From Nemertoderma westbladi (taxonomy: Eukaryota > Animalia > Xenacoelomorpha): a stretch of 64,000 nucleotides of DNA. Location: NCBI GenBank assembly GCA_032718475.1, contig JAUCBJ010004224.1, positions 62,001-126,000 on the forward strand, in the 5' to 3' direction. The number at the start of each line of letters is the position of its first letter. Within the stretch, counting starts at the first letter, position 1. This document shows, piece after piece, positions 11,960 through 23,701 of the stretch. The translations under genes and the position numbers were made by a program. The notes beneath the pieces are model-generated. The model had not been told where the DNA came from and did no database searches. It worked only from the letters and a program-made list of their open reading frames with translations.

Positions 11960-12148
11960 AACTTCTACCTCCCGAATTGTAAATCCTTTGAATCTGATAC
12001 TTTCTTTTTTAACGGCATTACAAATTGGAACGCTCTGCCTAATGAAATTAAAAACCTAGATAATCAACATTCTCTTAAATCTGCTGTTAAATCTCACCTC
12101 CGTGTGCAATGTAAAAATAGGTACAATAGTCCTACAGTAAGTTATTAG
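11960..12148 (+). pseudogene. LINE A ORF2 C-terminal fragment
   Basis: Manual translation NFYLPNCKSFESDTFFFNGITNWNALPNEIK...VSY*. Confidence 0.75.
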
Positions 12149-12191
12149 TTTATTAATTATTTACTATTTATACTGTAATTATGTTTTATAT

Positions 12192-12378
12192 TAAATTGTT
12201 CTGTACATTACATCTTTATCGTTGAGTCGGACATTGTCACGCTCTCGGTAAAGTTGTACATGTACATAGTGTAATTACGTTTTATAATAAATTGTTCTGT
12301 ACATTACATCTTTATCGTTGAGTCGGACATTGTCACGCTCTCGGTAAAGTTGTACATGTACATAGTGTAATTACGTTT
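12192..12378 (+). repeat. Tandem duplication (96-bp period) in the LINE A 3' UTR
   Basis: TAAATTGTTCTGTACATTAC...GTAATTACGTTT occurs twice. Confidence 0.9.
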
Positions 12379-12587
12379 ATATTGGTTTTAGGTTAGCGTA
12401 GTGTAATATTGTATTTGTAACCAAGTAACATAGAGGACCCCCTTGGAAATAAGCTGCAAAGCTTTAGGGGTAATCCTATATGTTATGTTGGACAAATTGT
12501 CCAACATAGGACAATACCTTTATACCGGTACATTGTTTGGTGTATTTGTTATTGTTTTTACATAATGTATAAATAAATCTATCTATC

Positions 12588-13727
12588 TGTTCGCGCTTTT
12601 AGACCTTTAGCAGTTTAACCTGCCAATTTTAGGTGTCTTCTAGTTTATAAATCGACTTTAGCCTATAAAACTGTTTAGTACACATAAAGTAACATTAGCC
12701 GAAACCAGTCTATGCGCGACCATTCACCCGCTGGATATACCCGGGAGACTGGATTCGGATGCTTTGATCTTATTGCGGTGCAGACCTACCGTATTATTCG
12801 ATTACTCGTTACTATAATATCTCTGACAAATATTATTTACTTTCGGGAAATATTAACAGTTCCTTTAGGACGTGGCGCTCTAAGTATGTAAACAGAGTTA
12901 TGACTTACACTAAACACAACGGGATGGCTAATGATTTTCGTACAAAGCGCATTCTTTAGGAAATGCTTTGTTATCTGTCACACTCCTGCACACTACCGCA
13001 CACTGCTGCACACTGATCTGCCGACCTTCACTAAATTTGATCATATATAAGGAGAATAGCAACTGACACATGTAGAGATTATGAAATAGCATTCAATTCA
13101 CTCCAAAACCACTATAATGTAAGTCGCAGCTGCTACAGGTAACTGGTCCCTCTTACCTTCAGTATATCAAGAAGATTGGGGTTTTCTGATTATTTATCGA
13201 TAATCTCCAAATATAACAACATATCCATCAACATATATAATAATTAATAACCGACAGTAAACGGTACAGGCAGGTTGTTAAGTATGTTAACAGTGTTATG
13301 TATGAGTATGGTTTGATTTGATAACAGTTATACGTTCCTATAATCAAGCCGTCTAATGTTTGGCTAAAGTCTGAAACTCACATAATTCCAAAGCCGATGT
13401 TCTGGGCTCAGGAAAAGGTAAAACAAAGACCGTCATGCATTGCGCGATTTCCCGTAGGCTTCTGTAAAAGATAAAATGAAAATCGCCCTGATTGGTCGAG
13501 CAAGCCGAACATAGAAAGCTCCACGAGTACAGTAAATCAGCTGGTAGATGTCGTCATTTGAGTTCCAGGTTTAGAGTATATAGCGTATTGCGGAGAAAAT
13601 TGCTCGTTATGTCCGCTAAAGCACACATGCAGACATAACGGGTAAAAATGGCTTTTTATGTCCACCAAACACCTACACAGTACATTGCAGAGAAAAAGGG
13701 CCAGTTATATCCGCAAAAGCTTTTACA
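12588..13727 (-). repeat. 3' LTR of BEL copy 1 (1140 bp)
   Basis: Minus strand reads TGTAAAAGC...GCGCGAACA, preceded by the PPT-like GGGAGCGG; homologous to but clearly diverged from the copy 2 LTRs. Confidence 0.9.
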
Positions 13728-16700
13728 CCGCTCCCAGAAAATGGGATTTGAGTCTATAAAATATATACAATCACAGTTTCTAAAACATAAAAATACTCTA
13801 AACTACTAGTCTTTCTTACGAGGACGGCGTTTACGCAGTTTTTTGAGGCTAGCGAGAGTCTTTTTCTCTTTGGGGCGAGCCACTTTACTAGGAGGGCTAT
13901 AACTCCTGGGTGAGGGGTGCAATACAATTGCATCGGAAGGTTTAGGGTTACGGTCGGTGTATCCACCGGTCGAAGTACCTGGTTGATCGATATCAACCTC
14001 AGCGGAGCGAGGTCGAACGACCTTTAGAGCGCGTTTCAGGACAGCAGCTCTTACTGGTCCCTGACGGGTCGTCTGAACGAGAGCGGTAGGTGGACCATGG
14101 GTAGTGAGAAACTTCCTTGGTTTAATGGTTCTTTCCAACTCGCGTTCTCGGGCTCGATATTCGTAGGGCCGTCTATGCACTTCCTGTAACTCTGGATGCG
14201 AGTTGATGAACAAATCGCCATATTCCGGATCTTGACGAATGAAGTTGATCAAGTTATAGGAATTAAGATCGTTAGGATTAATGTTCCTGAGATATTTACG
14301 AACAAATTTGGTTGAAATACACTCGCCAACACGCTTCATTAGTTCGTAACTCGGCGTGCGTTATTTTTGTTCAACAGACGTGAATAGATAAGGATGGAAT
14401 GCATAAACTCCTTCGTAGGCGCGTCCAGGGTAATAGCGATGGCGTGACTCACAATGTAAATCCGCGTTCGCTTCCCAAGCTCGGATGTAGCATAGGGTAA
14501 TCATTTCATCTACGCTTTCCAGATCGCGGTTAAAAGGGCAATTAAAACTGATATGTCCTTTAAGTTGACAATGATGGCATTGAGTCATAAATTGGGGGCA
14601 GACTGCGAAAATATGCAAGTTATTGAGTCTGCAATACGCACAATAGATCTCCATCGCCGGTTGTTCATGGAAATAGGAGCAGGGTACGTCTGAGTCCATG
14701 GGTGTGAGATGGTCTCTCGATGCGCATAATCGGCAACGTTTTCGAGAAACATAGTTGGCATGCCGATAATCGTATGCGGTGAGACACTGTGGACCTTGAT
14801 ACCATTCCAAGACGTAGTCGTTGTCGCTGCTCCGGAGCGCGGTAGGCTGAATCGCCTTGGATTCTAAGCATATTGGTTCGTCTTCCAATTGCATAGCTGA
14901 GGTAGGTGTGACTGTTTCCTCAAGCGAACCCACTGTCTGAACTTCCACGATAGAATAGCCCGTGGGGATTCGAGGTCTTTGTATAACAGAGGAATGTAAG
15001 TTCTGTATACAAACATCCTTGAAAATGGCGAATCCAGCGCTGTCTAACTTCTCAGTAGCTGAGTCTCTTAGGCTGAGTTTGGTCAGAGCGCGGTCCTTGA
15101 ACTGACTATCAACGTTACGGAACGGAGTCAGAAAGCGCCTGAAACATTCGAAGCGGATGAATTTATTGTGTTCATCTAGCTTGGCGAGTTTGGTTCCAAG
15201 TATTAAGGGATGGGCATGTATAGTACGACTGCACACATCGGCTAGCCAACCGGCAAGTGCGGCGTTTTCAAAGATCGTGTATATAGCTAAGGAGGGACGA
15301 AGGGGAACACTCATGAAGCTATACACGACACCAGGTGCGGTCAATGGTCCATCGAAGTATAATCGAGAATAATGATCTCCATATACTTGTTGATAGTTGA
15401 TAGGATTTCCGACCTTGAAATTCCATCCGTATTCTTGAAAGGCAAGATGTCCGTGGGAGGTTCGTTGTACTTTAGTAATGCCGCTGGGTGTATTGGCATA
15501 CATAGTTCGGAAGAAACCTTGGCCTTTTGCCCAGGGAGCAATCAGCTGAGTATCTACGAAAGGATATGGAATATTCTCCATGTTCTGAAAGTCGTTTTGG
15601 AGATCTCCATAAACAGCTGAGCCGATTTTAATGATTCTTTCGTTAAACAACATCTCGAGCACGGGCTGGGGTAACATCGATCCATCGATACCCATGGCCG
15701 GTTTGCGCTCGGTGTCAGTGACGTAACACTGCGCGAGTTCGAATTGTCCATGTCGGAGTTTCTTTTGTATCTCAGTGAGAGTCTCAAAAGAATAATCGAT
15801 CACGTCGGAACACGCTCGAGTAAACACGTGGGTAGAACCAGCTAGTCTTCGTATGTGTATCATGCGCTTAGTTCCCAGTTCTCCGACCGGAACGCTACCT
15901 TCGTTATCGTAAGTGACAACTCCATACATTTCGATAACATTAAGAGTTTTGTTCCACTCTTTGGTGGCGTTCTCTAGGGTCATCCCCACCGGATGCCACA
16001 AGGTGGCGCATTCGCTAGCGCTAGGGAGATCCCTATACTTCAGATACTGTGTAGTATACGTCTTCACAACTCCATATCTTTGTATTCTCTCTTCTTCGAA
16101 TAATACGTTGAGATTCCAATGGACTAATCGAGTTTTAATAAATCCATCGAGATTATACAGAGGTGTTGTATCCTTCTCTATTCTAGAAACATTGTATGGT
16201 TTTCTGAATGAGTTTACTTTCACTAACTGATCCAGGTGTTTCTGCAATTGTTCGAGTTAGACAAGGTCAAGAGGATTTATTAGCGGTAGAAACCTTAGAT
16301 TAGGCGTCGGGTCTTCAGGTTTTACCATATAATATTGAGTTAGATTGACGTAATAAGGGTGGTCTTTGATCCCATAAAACGAGTTCGGTAAAGGTCTAGC
16401 GCGTATGTTGACCTCATGTATCATACGACGGACAAGATCCGCTCGATTGTCCGGAGGTTCAACGAGTATACCGTCGACACAAGCGGCCTCGATTGGCGGA
16501 CGCTGTAACATAGGAGTGTCAGCGATAAGATCTCGGGATCTTAGGTTGATATCAACCGGTTGGGGTTGTACCGTCGCAAAGAGTTTGTCTCCGAAATGGG
16601 GAACCATCGAGGGATGAATGATGGTTTTGGAATAGAGATCAGTCATAAGGATTTGAGCTTCGGGTTGGGCTAAAGCTGCTTCTTCTCTCTCATCCATTTC

Positions 16701-17855
16701 GATGTGTTTCTCCTCGAGCTGATTTTCCTCCGCTTGTCGTTGTAAGCATTCATCTAAAAACTCTTGTAGAGAATAGGTTTGTCCAAGTTCGATGTCTTCC
16801 TCGAGGTTTTGGATTTCTCGATCGAACTGTGGCAAGGCCAACTCTTTCACCGATTGGACTTGTTGCTGCAATTTAAGTTTCTCTAAACAATCGTACGTTC
16901 ATTTTCCAATCTTCTGCCGAATAGCGTCTAACGCGTTTCTTATAACGCTCTCCTCGACTTCGGTGACGGGTTGCATCGGGGTTAAACCGGGACGATTGTA
17001 AGGGTTGAACGGCGATATTAAATGTCCGCGTCCCAATCCGGCTAGGTAGGATGGGCGAATATCTAGAGAGCCCACTACCGGAGTGCCACCAATTAATTGT
17101 TCGGATAACACTAAATCTTTGAACAGTGAGTATAGCTCGGGAGGATCCGTGATACTATTAGGATCAAGAGTTTGAGGTCTCACTGGGGAATGAGGAGGTC
17201 TGACCAAGTAATCCGGAACTCTGATCGTGGGTTTATTTAATGATCGTTTGAGGCGAGCGATCGTAGGTGATACATCGAACAAATTTCGCTCGAAACTCCC
17301 GTAAGTATAGCGAGTAAAACTGTGTTTAGCGCAACGTCTCCGCGGATGTTTATGTCTTTCCGTTTGTTGGTTGGGTCTAGGGCATTCATCACAATAATAC
17401 CAAAGACGCACGTCCTGTAGAGGAAACGTGGGTGATCGTTCTCCAGTTTTACAATATTCCTCCATCTGTTCGAAGCTATCCGGGACAACAGGTAGCGGTC
17501 GATCGGCGGTAAGATACATCATAGTGAAATAGAGCTGTTTGAGTTCTACCATGGGGTCGTGATGTATACCTTGAGGATATCGAGTTTCTAGATTCTGTTG
17601 ACTGGCAATATTGAGATATGTTTCTCTCAAGAATTCCAGATAATCGTTGAAGTCGCTGCGTTTATCTGGCTCTTCAACATCTTCTCTTTCGAGTCGGTTT
17701 CAAATAGAGTTCTCGTGTTCGATTCTCAGTTTATCATTCCGACTCTGCTGGGTATGATATTTGAATAGAACCATTTCTCTTTCGGTGTCTACATCGTCCG
17801 TATCGTGTAAATCGATAGGATGGCCAGTAGTTAAGAAGTCCATATACGTACCATT

Positions 17856-20800
17856 GGATCAAACGACACAGAGACTGGGATTGTGATTAGCGATGGTTTG
17901 AAACAAAATAAGGAAAATATAAACGTTAAGGTTAAAGTCTCATCACATATCACTGGAACTACGCAAACGAATGACACAATTCGTAAAAACTCATATACCA
18001 TTAATGAAACACTTGTGCGCATGTGCACATTTAATAGTAAAGGCTTGAGTTCAAGTATCGATTACTTAGACTGTTTATGTACAAACATGGACATAATTTC
18101 AATCCAAGAACACTGGCTGGACATGGCAGAATTAAAATACCTAGTATTCACAAGATATGGAGACTTCCACTGTGAATCGCTCGTCAGTAATCTCATGGAC
18201 AACCCAAATAGGGTTCGTGGGGCTGGAGGAGTACTCTTAATGATACGGAAATCACTCATTAAGTCAAAAACTAAACAGTGTTCGAATGATGACATTGTGG
18301 GTTCTCTGATTGAAATGCATAACTCTAACCTGCAATTTATCTTCTTATCTGGATATGCGCCAGATACATCCAAGCCAAAGGAGCAGTATGATGACTTTCT
18401 TGGCAGAATCAAACAAATTTTGGAATGTAATAATCAAGCTATACCTTACATTCTCTTAGATGCAAATGCTGACCTTGGGAACACATGTGGTCAACGTTGG
18501 ACAAAAAAACACCCGAATCGCAATGGCAGGTTGCTATCGGAGTTCTTGGCTGCTAACAATTTAGTGGCAGTAGATACATATGGTAAATTTTCAGGACCAT
18601 CTGTTACTTTCAGGGGGCCTCAGGGCGATTCATATATAGACCATATACTCACAACCAACCCTGGTGACCAACTAATAGTGAGCGGTGAGGTAATAAACCC
18701 ACATGTCCATGCTCTCTCTGATCACAGTCCAGTAGTAGCTGAGATAGCAATTGTAAATGAACATAATACAAATAACAAGGAGAATACACAGGAATTTACC
18801 AAAAGATTACCACGAGTAGCCTGGAGTAAGGCGACTACAGCTCAACTCAACAGTTATAAGGAGTATGTAGAGAATAAGCTGGATAATCTCCACTCAAGCA
18901 GCATGAACTCTTTCGATTGGACATCTGAGGAATTGAATAGATACACCGAGGAGATGCAGAGAGCTATTACAGAGGGAGCCAACCTCTTTATACCTGTCAT
19001 TAAATTTCGAAAAAAGACGACCAATATTCGTATAAGGAACAAATTAATATCTAGTCATGCAAATACTACTAAGGAGCTGTATAAAATTTGGAAGCAAAAT
19101 GGTAAAATTAAAAGGGACTCTTTTAGCATAGCATTGAAAGAGTCAAAGAAATCACTAAGGCGCCTTAGAAACTGGCTTGCGAAACAATCAGTAAGATCCA
19201 AAACTGGCGGCATAGTACATAACAGGAATAATCCTCATGAGTTCTGGAAACACTTCTCAACTAAAGAAGGAACAGCTCCCATCAGCATGGCTAAATCACT
19301 GAGAGATAATTTAATACATGTTATGAACTCAGCTGAAACTGATGCTGAAAGTGAGTTAGACAAAGTAGTCATCGAACTGAAACTACTATCAGAAGGTAGA
19401 AGTCCTCCAACAATATCAGAGGGTACTGTTAAACATGCTATACTAGCATTAGCTAGGGGCAAATCTCCAGATTTCTTTAATCTTTCAGCAGAGCACATTC
19501 TTCATCTTGATGAAAACTATGCTGCTGTACACTTATGCAACATCTTCAATGCCTCAATCCGATTGCAGACAGTCGCTGAAGTCTATGGAAGGACACTGAT
19601 AACATACATATATAAAAGTGGAAACCGCGGAACTACACGACCAAACAGCTATCGACCAATTGCCACTGTATCTGTATTTGGTAAACTGTTCGAAGCTATC
19701 ACCCTCAAACAATTCATTCTTCCATACATATCTACAAACTCATGCCAATATGGGTACAAAAAAGGAGTTGGATCAGATCTTGTAGTAGCGTTGATACAGG
19801 AAATTATTGAGTCACATCGTCAGAGAAATCAGTCCCTTTACATATTTCTCTTACAGTGTATTATTTAAAACCCTCTCGGAGCATATTTGCCCTTTTATCT
19901 GTTTGACCCTAATTAATTATTACAGAGTTGGATTACTGTTTCTAAAGTTCGGAGATATGATATTGACCAATGGAATTCGAACAAGAATAGGTGTAAAACA
20001 AGGATCATTGTTGTCACCAACGCTATTTAATGTCTATTTAAAGGGAGCCTTAGATTCAGTTGAGAAAACAGGCCTTGGAGTATCTTTTCACAACATCTGG
20101 TCAGGTCTAGTTTGCTATGCGGATGATATAGTTTTATTGTGCAATAATAAAGAGGAGATTACTAGTATGCTAGCATTACTATCATATGAAATGGATAAAT
20201 TGAACCTAAATATGGAACCCACAAAATCAAAATGGATGAGCATTATACCCAAAAACACATACCGACCCCTATTCATCAACTCAGCAAATTGCCTATTCCC
20301 TGAATCCCAAACAATCAAATTCCTTGGCCACACCTTATATGGAAATAATAACTGTAACACTAATTACTCAGTCATAATTCAAACTCTTGCGTCTATGTCA
20401 CAAGCGTTTCACAAAAATGGCTGGACCATTCGATGGTACACCATAAACACAGTGTTCAATCTTTGGTCCAGGATGGCCATACCAGCAATTCTGTACAAAA
20501 TAAAATTCATAATAGGGAATCTAAATCAAGATGAAATGGAATCTATGAATGCATATTATAGAAAGATACTCAGGGGACTTCTTTATGTTGGATCGTACGT
20601 CAATAATGCTACATTAAGGAAACTCTCAGGATGTAGAGATCTATCACTTGAGGTATACCGTGACGTGACTAATTGCATGCTGCGTTTGGTAGTTAGTCCA
20701 CATCTCAAACTTCAGTTGCTGCTACGACTTGGTCTTATCTGGAACTATCAGTCAAAGCGGCGCTATCCTGGACTGGGAAGTACATATATGCGAGCAACTC

Positions 20801-21164
20801 GAGAATTCCCGATACCCTCACTATTTTCAATGTGTGTAAACCGGTACCACAAACGGACACTGAAATCTCACATAAACCACGGACATCCAACAGGAAAAGA
20901 TATTGTCAATGCGGACTTTATATATAACTGTTATAACTCTGGCCAATGCGGATTTGCGGCAAAACATAACCGCATACTGCAGTATTTCTTAAAATAATTA
21001 TCTTTTGCACAGATTTTTCCTCCATTTACAATTACTAACCTATGAACCTTATGACATTTTTAATTTTGTATAGTTTGTTCGGTTTTTATTCAGTATTAAT
21101 ATATACTTTTTAATTCAATATAAATACCGGCTTGACTGGTGTACCTTGTGAAATGAAATGAAAT
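17856..21164 (+). mobile_element. LINE D (RTEX-like), 5'-truncated, inserted in BEL ORF3
   Basis: APE + RT ORFs and a (TGAAA)n tail; host frame resumes exactly with a 2-bp target deletion and no TSD; clade call is tentative. Confidence 0.85.
17883..20997 (+). pseudogene. LINE D ORF2 (APE + RT), frameshifted with a deletion near 19850
   Basis: CTFNSKGL, IQEHWL, DANAD, YIDHI, SDHSP, SYRPI, QYGYK, GVKQGSLLSP, YADD, KFLG; the DxxKAFD motif is missing at the break. Confidence 0.9.
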
Positions 21165-22992
21165 GATGCGTGTAGCGAGCGGTGAATTTTCTATAGTCCA
21201 ATTCACGCGTGAGTTGCTCCTGGGACATTGGCGGTTCGATATAACGACCATCGTCCTCCGTAGTAGTTGGACCAGCGTCGCCGCGTATTAAGCTACCAAC
21301 AAACGCTTGTAACGGCAGAGTATATCGTTCTCTGATACCAAGATCATCTTCTATCAACTCAGTCATAACTGCTATATGAGTTTATCAATGTTATAATTAG
21401 TTATAATTAGGCTAGCGGGCGTCGCTGCCTACCCCTCATGGCCCCCGGACAGCGCAAGGTCCTCAGCGCCGATGTACCGTTGTCGCTGTGTTTTTCACCA
21501 ACGTAGTAGCTACACAACGACAACGATAACCAGCGCGAGTCACTCCACTGTCCGTCCCAAGGGCTTAGATTTACTACTTTCACAACTGCGACTAGCTACT
21601 GTAAACACACTTTAGTAGTATCATTCACCTATAAACGCACAAATTCCACACAACTGTCACAAATTGTATACATTCGGGCCATTTGTCCGTTAGTCAAGTG
21701 CCTTCCAGAAAGCCACGTTATTATTATGTATCCTTGGATACTAGCAGTGTGCTATGTATTCCTTATGCTATTCAATGGGGCAAGCTTTCTATTGTTCTTT
21801 TAACTCGCTTCTAATTCTAGAGTGGTTGTTGCTATGGTGACATTATGGAAAGCTAGCAGTAGAATTAGGTTAATTCTCATGCATACAGATCTGGGATGCT
21901 ATTTAATAGTAATTCTTTAATTGTCAATATCCCTCTTTATATATGATTTTACGAATTTTATCGGCTATTGACTATATATTGGAGATTCTCGCACACTAAT
22001 ACACTTAATAGGGTGAATCTCCGCTCCCATGATCTATTAATTAATGGAATTTTGGGAATGTTATAAATTGTATAAAATGACAATTTATCAAATTCATTAG
22101 AGGATATGAATTTAAATTATTCCCGTAAATTTTATTCTTTAATATTAAAATAGACATAATTTTTATTCCAGAACATGTCTGGGAACTAGGATCCTTAATT
22201 CTAGGAATTTTGTCCTTTTAAGAGTATCGGTAAGTACTACGATATCTTAATCGACTAGAATTTTAAAGGGTCTAAATTTTAACAGATTTTGATTTATAGA
22301 TTTGTATAAATATTAACTATGTAATATTTAAGATGGGCACCAATTTATTCCAGAACTTGTCTGGAGACGTTAACCACTGATTCTAAAATTTTGTCTTTCA
22401 AGTATATCGGTGGGTGCCACGATATCTTAATCGACTAGAATTACAGCTGGTCAAAGGGTTTAACAGATTTATTTTGCGTTTTTACTCTACTGTTAAAGGG
22501 ACATCACGCTACTATATGTATTATTTTAATATAAGGTATGAGAGCAATATCGCACGAAGCAATGTCAGTGAGAAGAGGCAAGTCGTTTCCAAGGTCTACC
22601 CAGAGCTTGGTTTAGCCGAGACGCGAGGATCTGAACTTTGCATTCCTAATACTCTACTTACCAATAATACTTGAATATAGTAGGAGCTTTATTGTACTTT
22701 AATAAGTACGGACATTTCATCTTACTGTAGTCACGCATTTATAATATGATACAGACAGTAAGGAAAGAGAAAAAGAATTGTTTCTCGCCGTCGCACTAAA
22801 TATATAATATAAGTGATTTAGTAATAAGACTAATATATATGGCACTAATCTACTGAATAATCGCTAAAATAACATTCTACTAGATAAAATTAAAGAAAAC
22901 GATTATAATAAAAGTACATAATAATACATACATAAATATAAAAATAATAAAATATATAAAATAATATAGTCACACACCCACTCCAGACGGCG

Positions 22993-23701
22993 TTACGTTG
23001 GGGAGTCCCTAGATGTTTGTTGGATTAGGGAGGTGGTCGTGGGAAGAGTATCTTGCCTTCCATAGTTTCCGGAGAGTTCTCTGTCTCTCTCCCGTAAATT
23101 TAAACGACCAACTGGGCGATTGAGTTGCTGTGTTTCGAACACAATTCCAGGTTTCTTAAAGTTACGTCGCATGATGACGAGTTCTACCGATCGCACTAAA
23201 CCATCACCTGAGATATGAGTCTCGATGATACGACCTGTCTGCCACCGCTCACGTGGAAGATCTGATTCCACAATAAGGACCATGTCTCCAGCGCTGATGT
23301 TTTCTTGCTGCGCAAACCACTTAGTTCGAAGTTGTAGCGTAGGCAGATAATATTTTTCGAAATGGTCAGCGAAACGACGGGATAACAACTGCATAAGTTG
23401 CCAAGTTTGCCGGCAGTATTCGTCTCCGTCCGTGATTTCCGATCGTGGGAGCATGGCTACAGGTTTCTTCAGTAGGAAGTGCGCGGGTGTTAGCGCTTCC
23501 AGGGAATCGGGACTCGATGAGACTGGCATAAGCGGTCTCTCGTTGAGATAGGCGGCGATTTCTTCCATTAATGTCCGCAAAAGTTCGTCGGTGAGATACG
23601 CGCGGCACAGCACTATAAAGTGAAATGCGGTCTTCACGCTCCTGATTAATCTCTCCCAACTTCCTCCCCACCAAGGGGTGTCGGCGGGGTTGAAGGTCCA
23701 G
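22993..23701 (-). pseudogene. BEL copy 1 integrase C-terminal part (after a 1-bp frameshift)
   Basis: PWWGGSWERL, LNERPL, LTPAHFL, YLPTLQLRTKW, GDMVLI, DGLVRSV. Confidence 0.9.

Larger units (their letters stand above)
8270..11960 (+). mobile_element. LINE C (L2/Crack/Daphne-like), 5'-truncated, interrupted by a Penelope element
   Basis: KYLGLFIDRNLSW...FYIPSTRILV (8331-8837) resumes after the TSD as SQRSLKYQGPFLWNLLP (11226-11351); 3' stem-loop at ~11636-11681; AATAAA and (CTGAAA)n tail at ~11940-11960. Confidence 0.85.
1..12587 (+). mobile_element. LINE A (L2/Crack-like non-LTR retrotransposon), split into ~1-2635, ~3031-3280 and 11960-12587 by nested insertions; 5' end lies outside the window
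   Basis: PHD-APE-RT ORF2 pieces are collinear. RT C-terminus resumes at ~3034 (RLKFLYRNK...DYACSSWY) and at 11960 (NFYLPNCKS...WNALPNEIK). 3' UTR stem-loop at ~12433-12477, then AATAAA and a (CTAT)n tail ending at 12587. Confidence 0.85.
13806..21366 (-). pseudogene. BEL accessory ORF3 (~1417 aa reconstructed): coiled coil, DEDDy 3'-5' exonuclease-like domain, 3 CCHC knuckles, basic C-terminus; broken by 4 stops and LINE D
   Basis: ORFs 16899-17630, 16257-16871, 14361-16247 and 13806-14339 share one frame and are separated by single stop codons. The N-terminus 21165-21366 joins 17855 as shown by uninterrupted copies 2 and 3. Confidence 0.8.

Noticed and set aside
13806-17630. ORF3 as an envelope gene or a separate host gene cluster
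   Set aside because: No evident signal peptide or TM anchor; single frame without introns, lying inside the element and shared by all three copies
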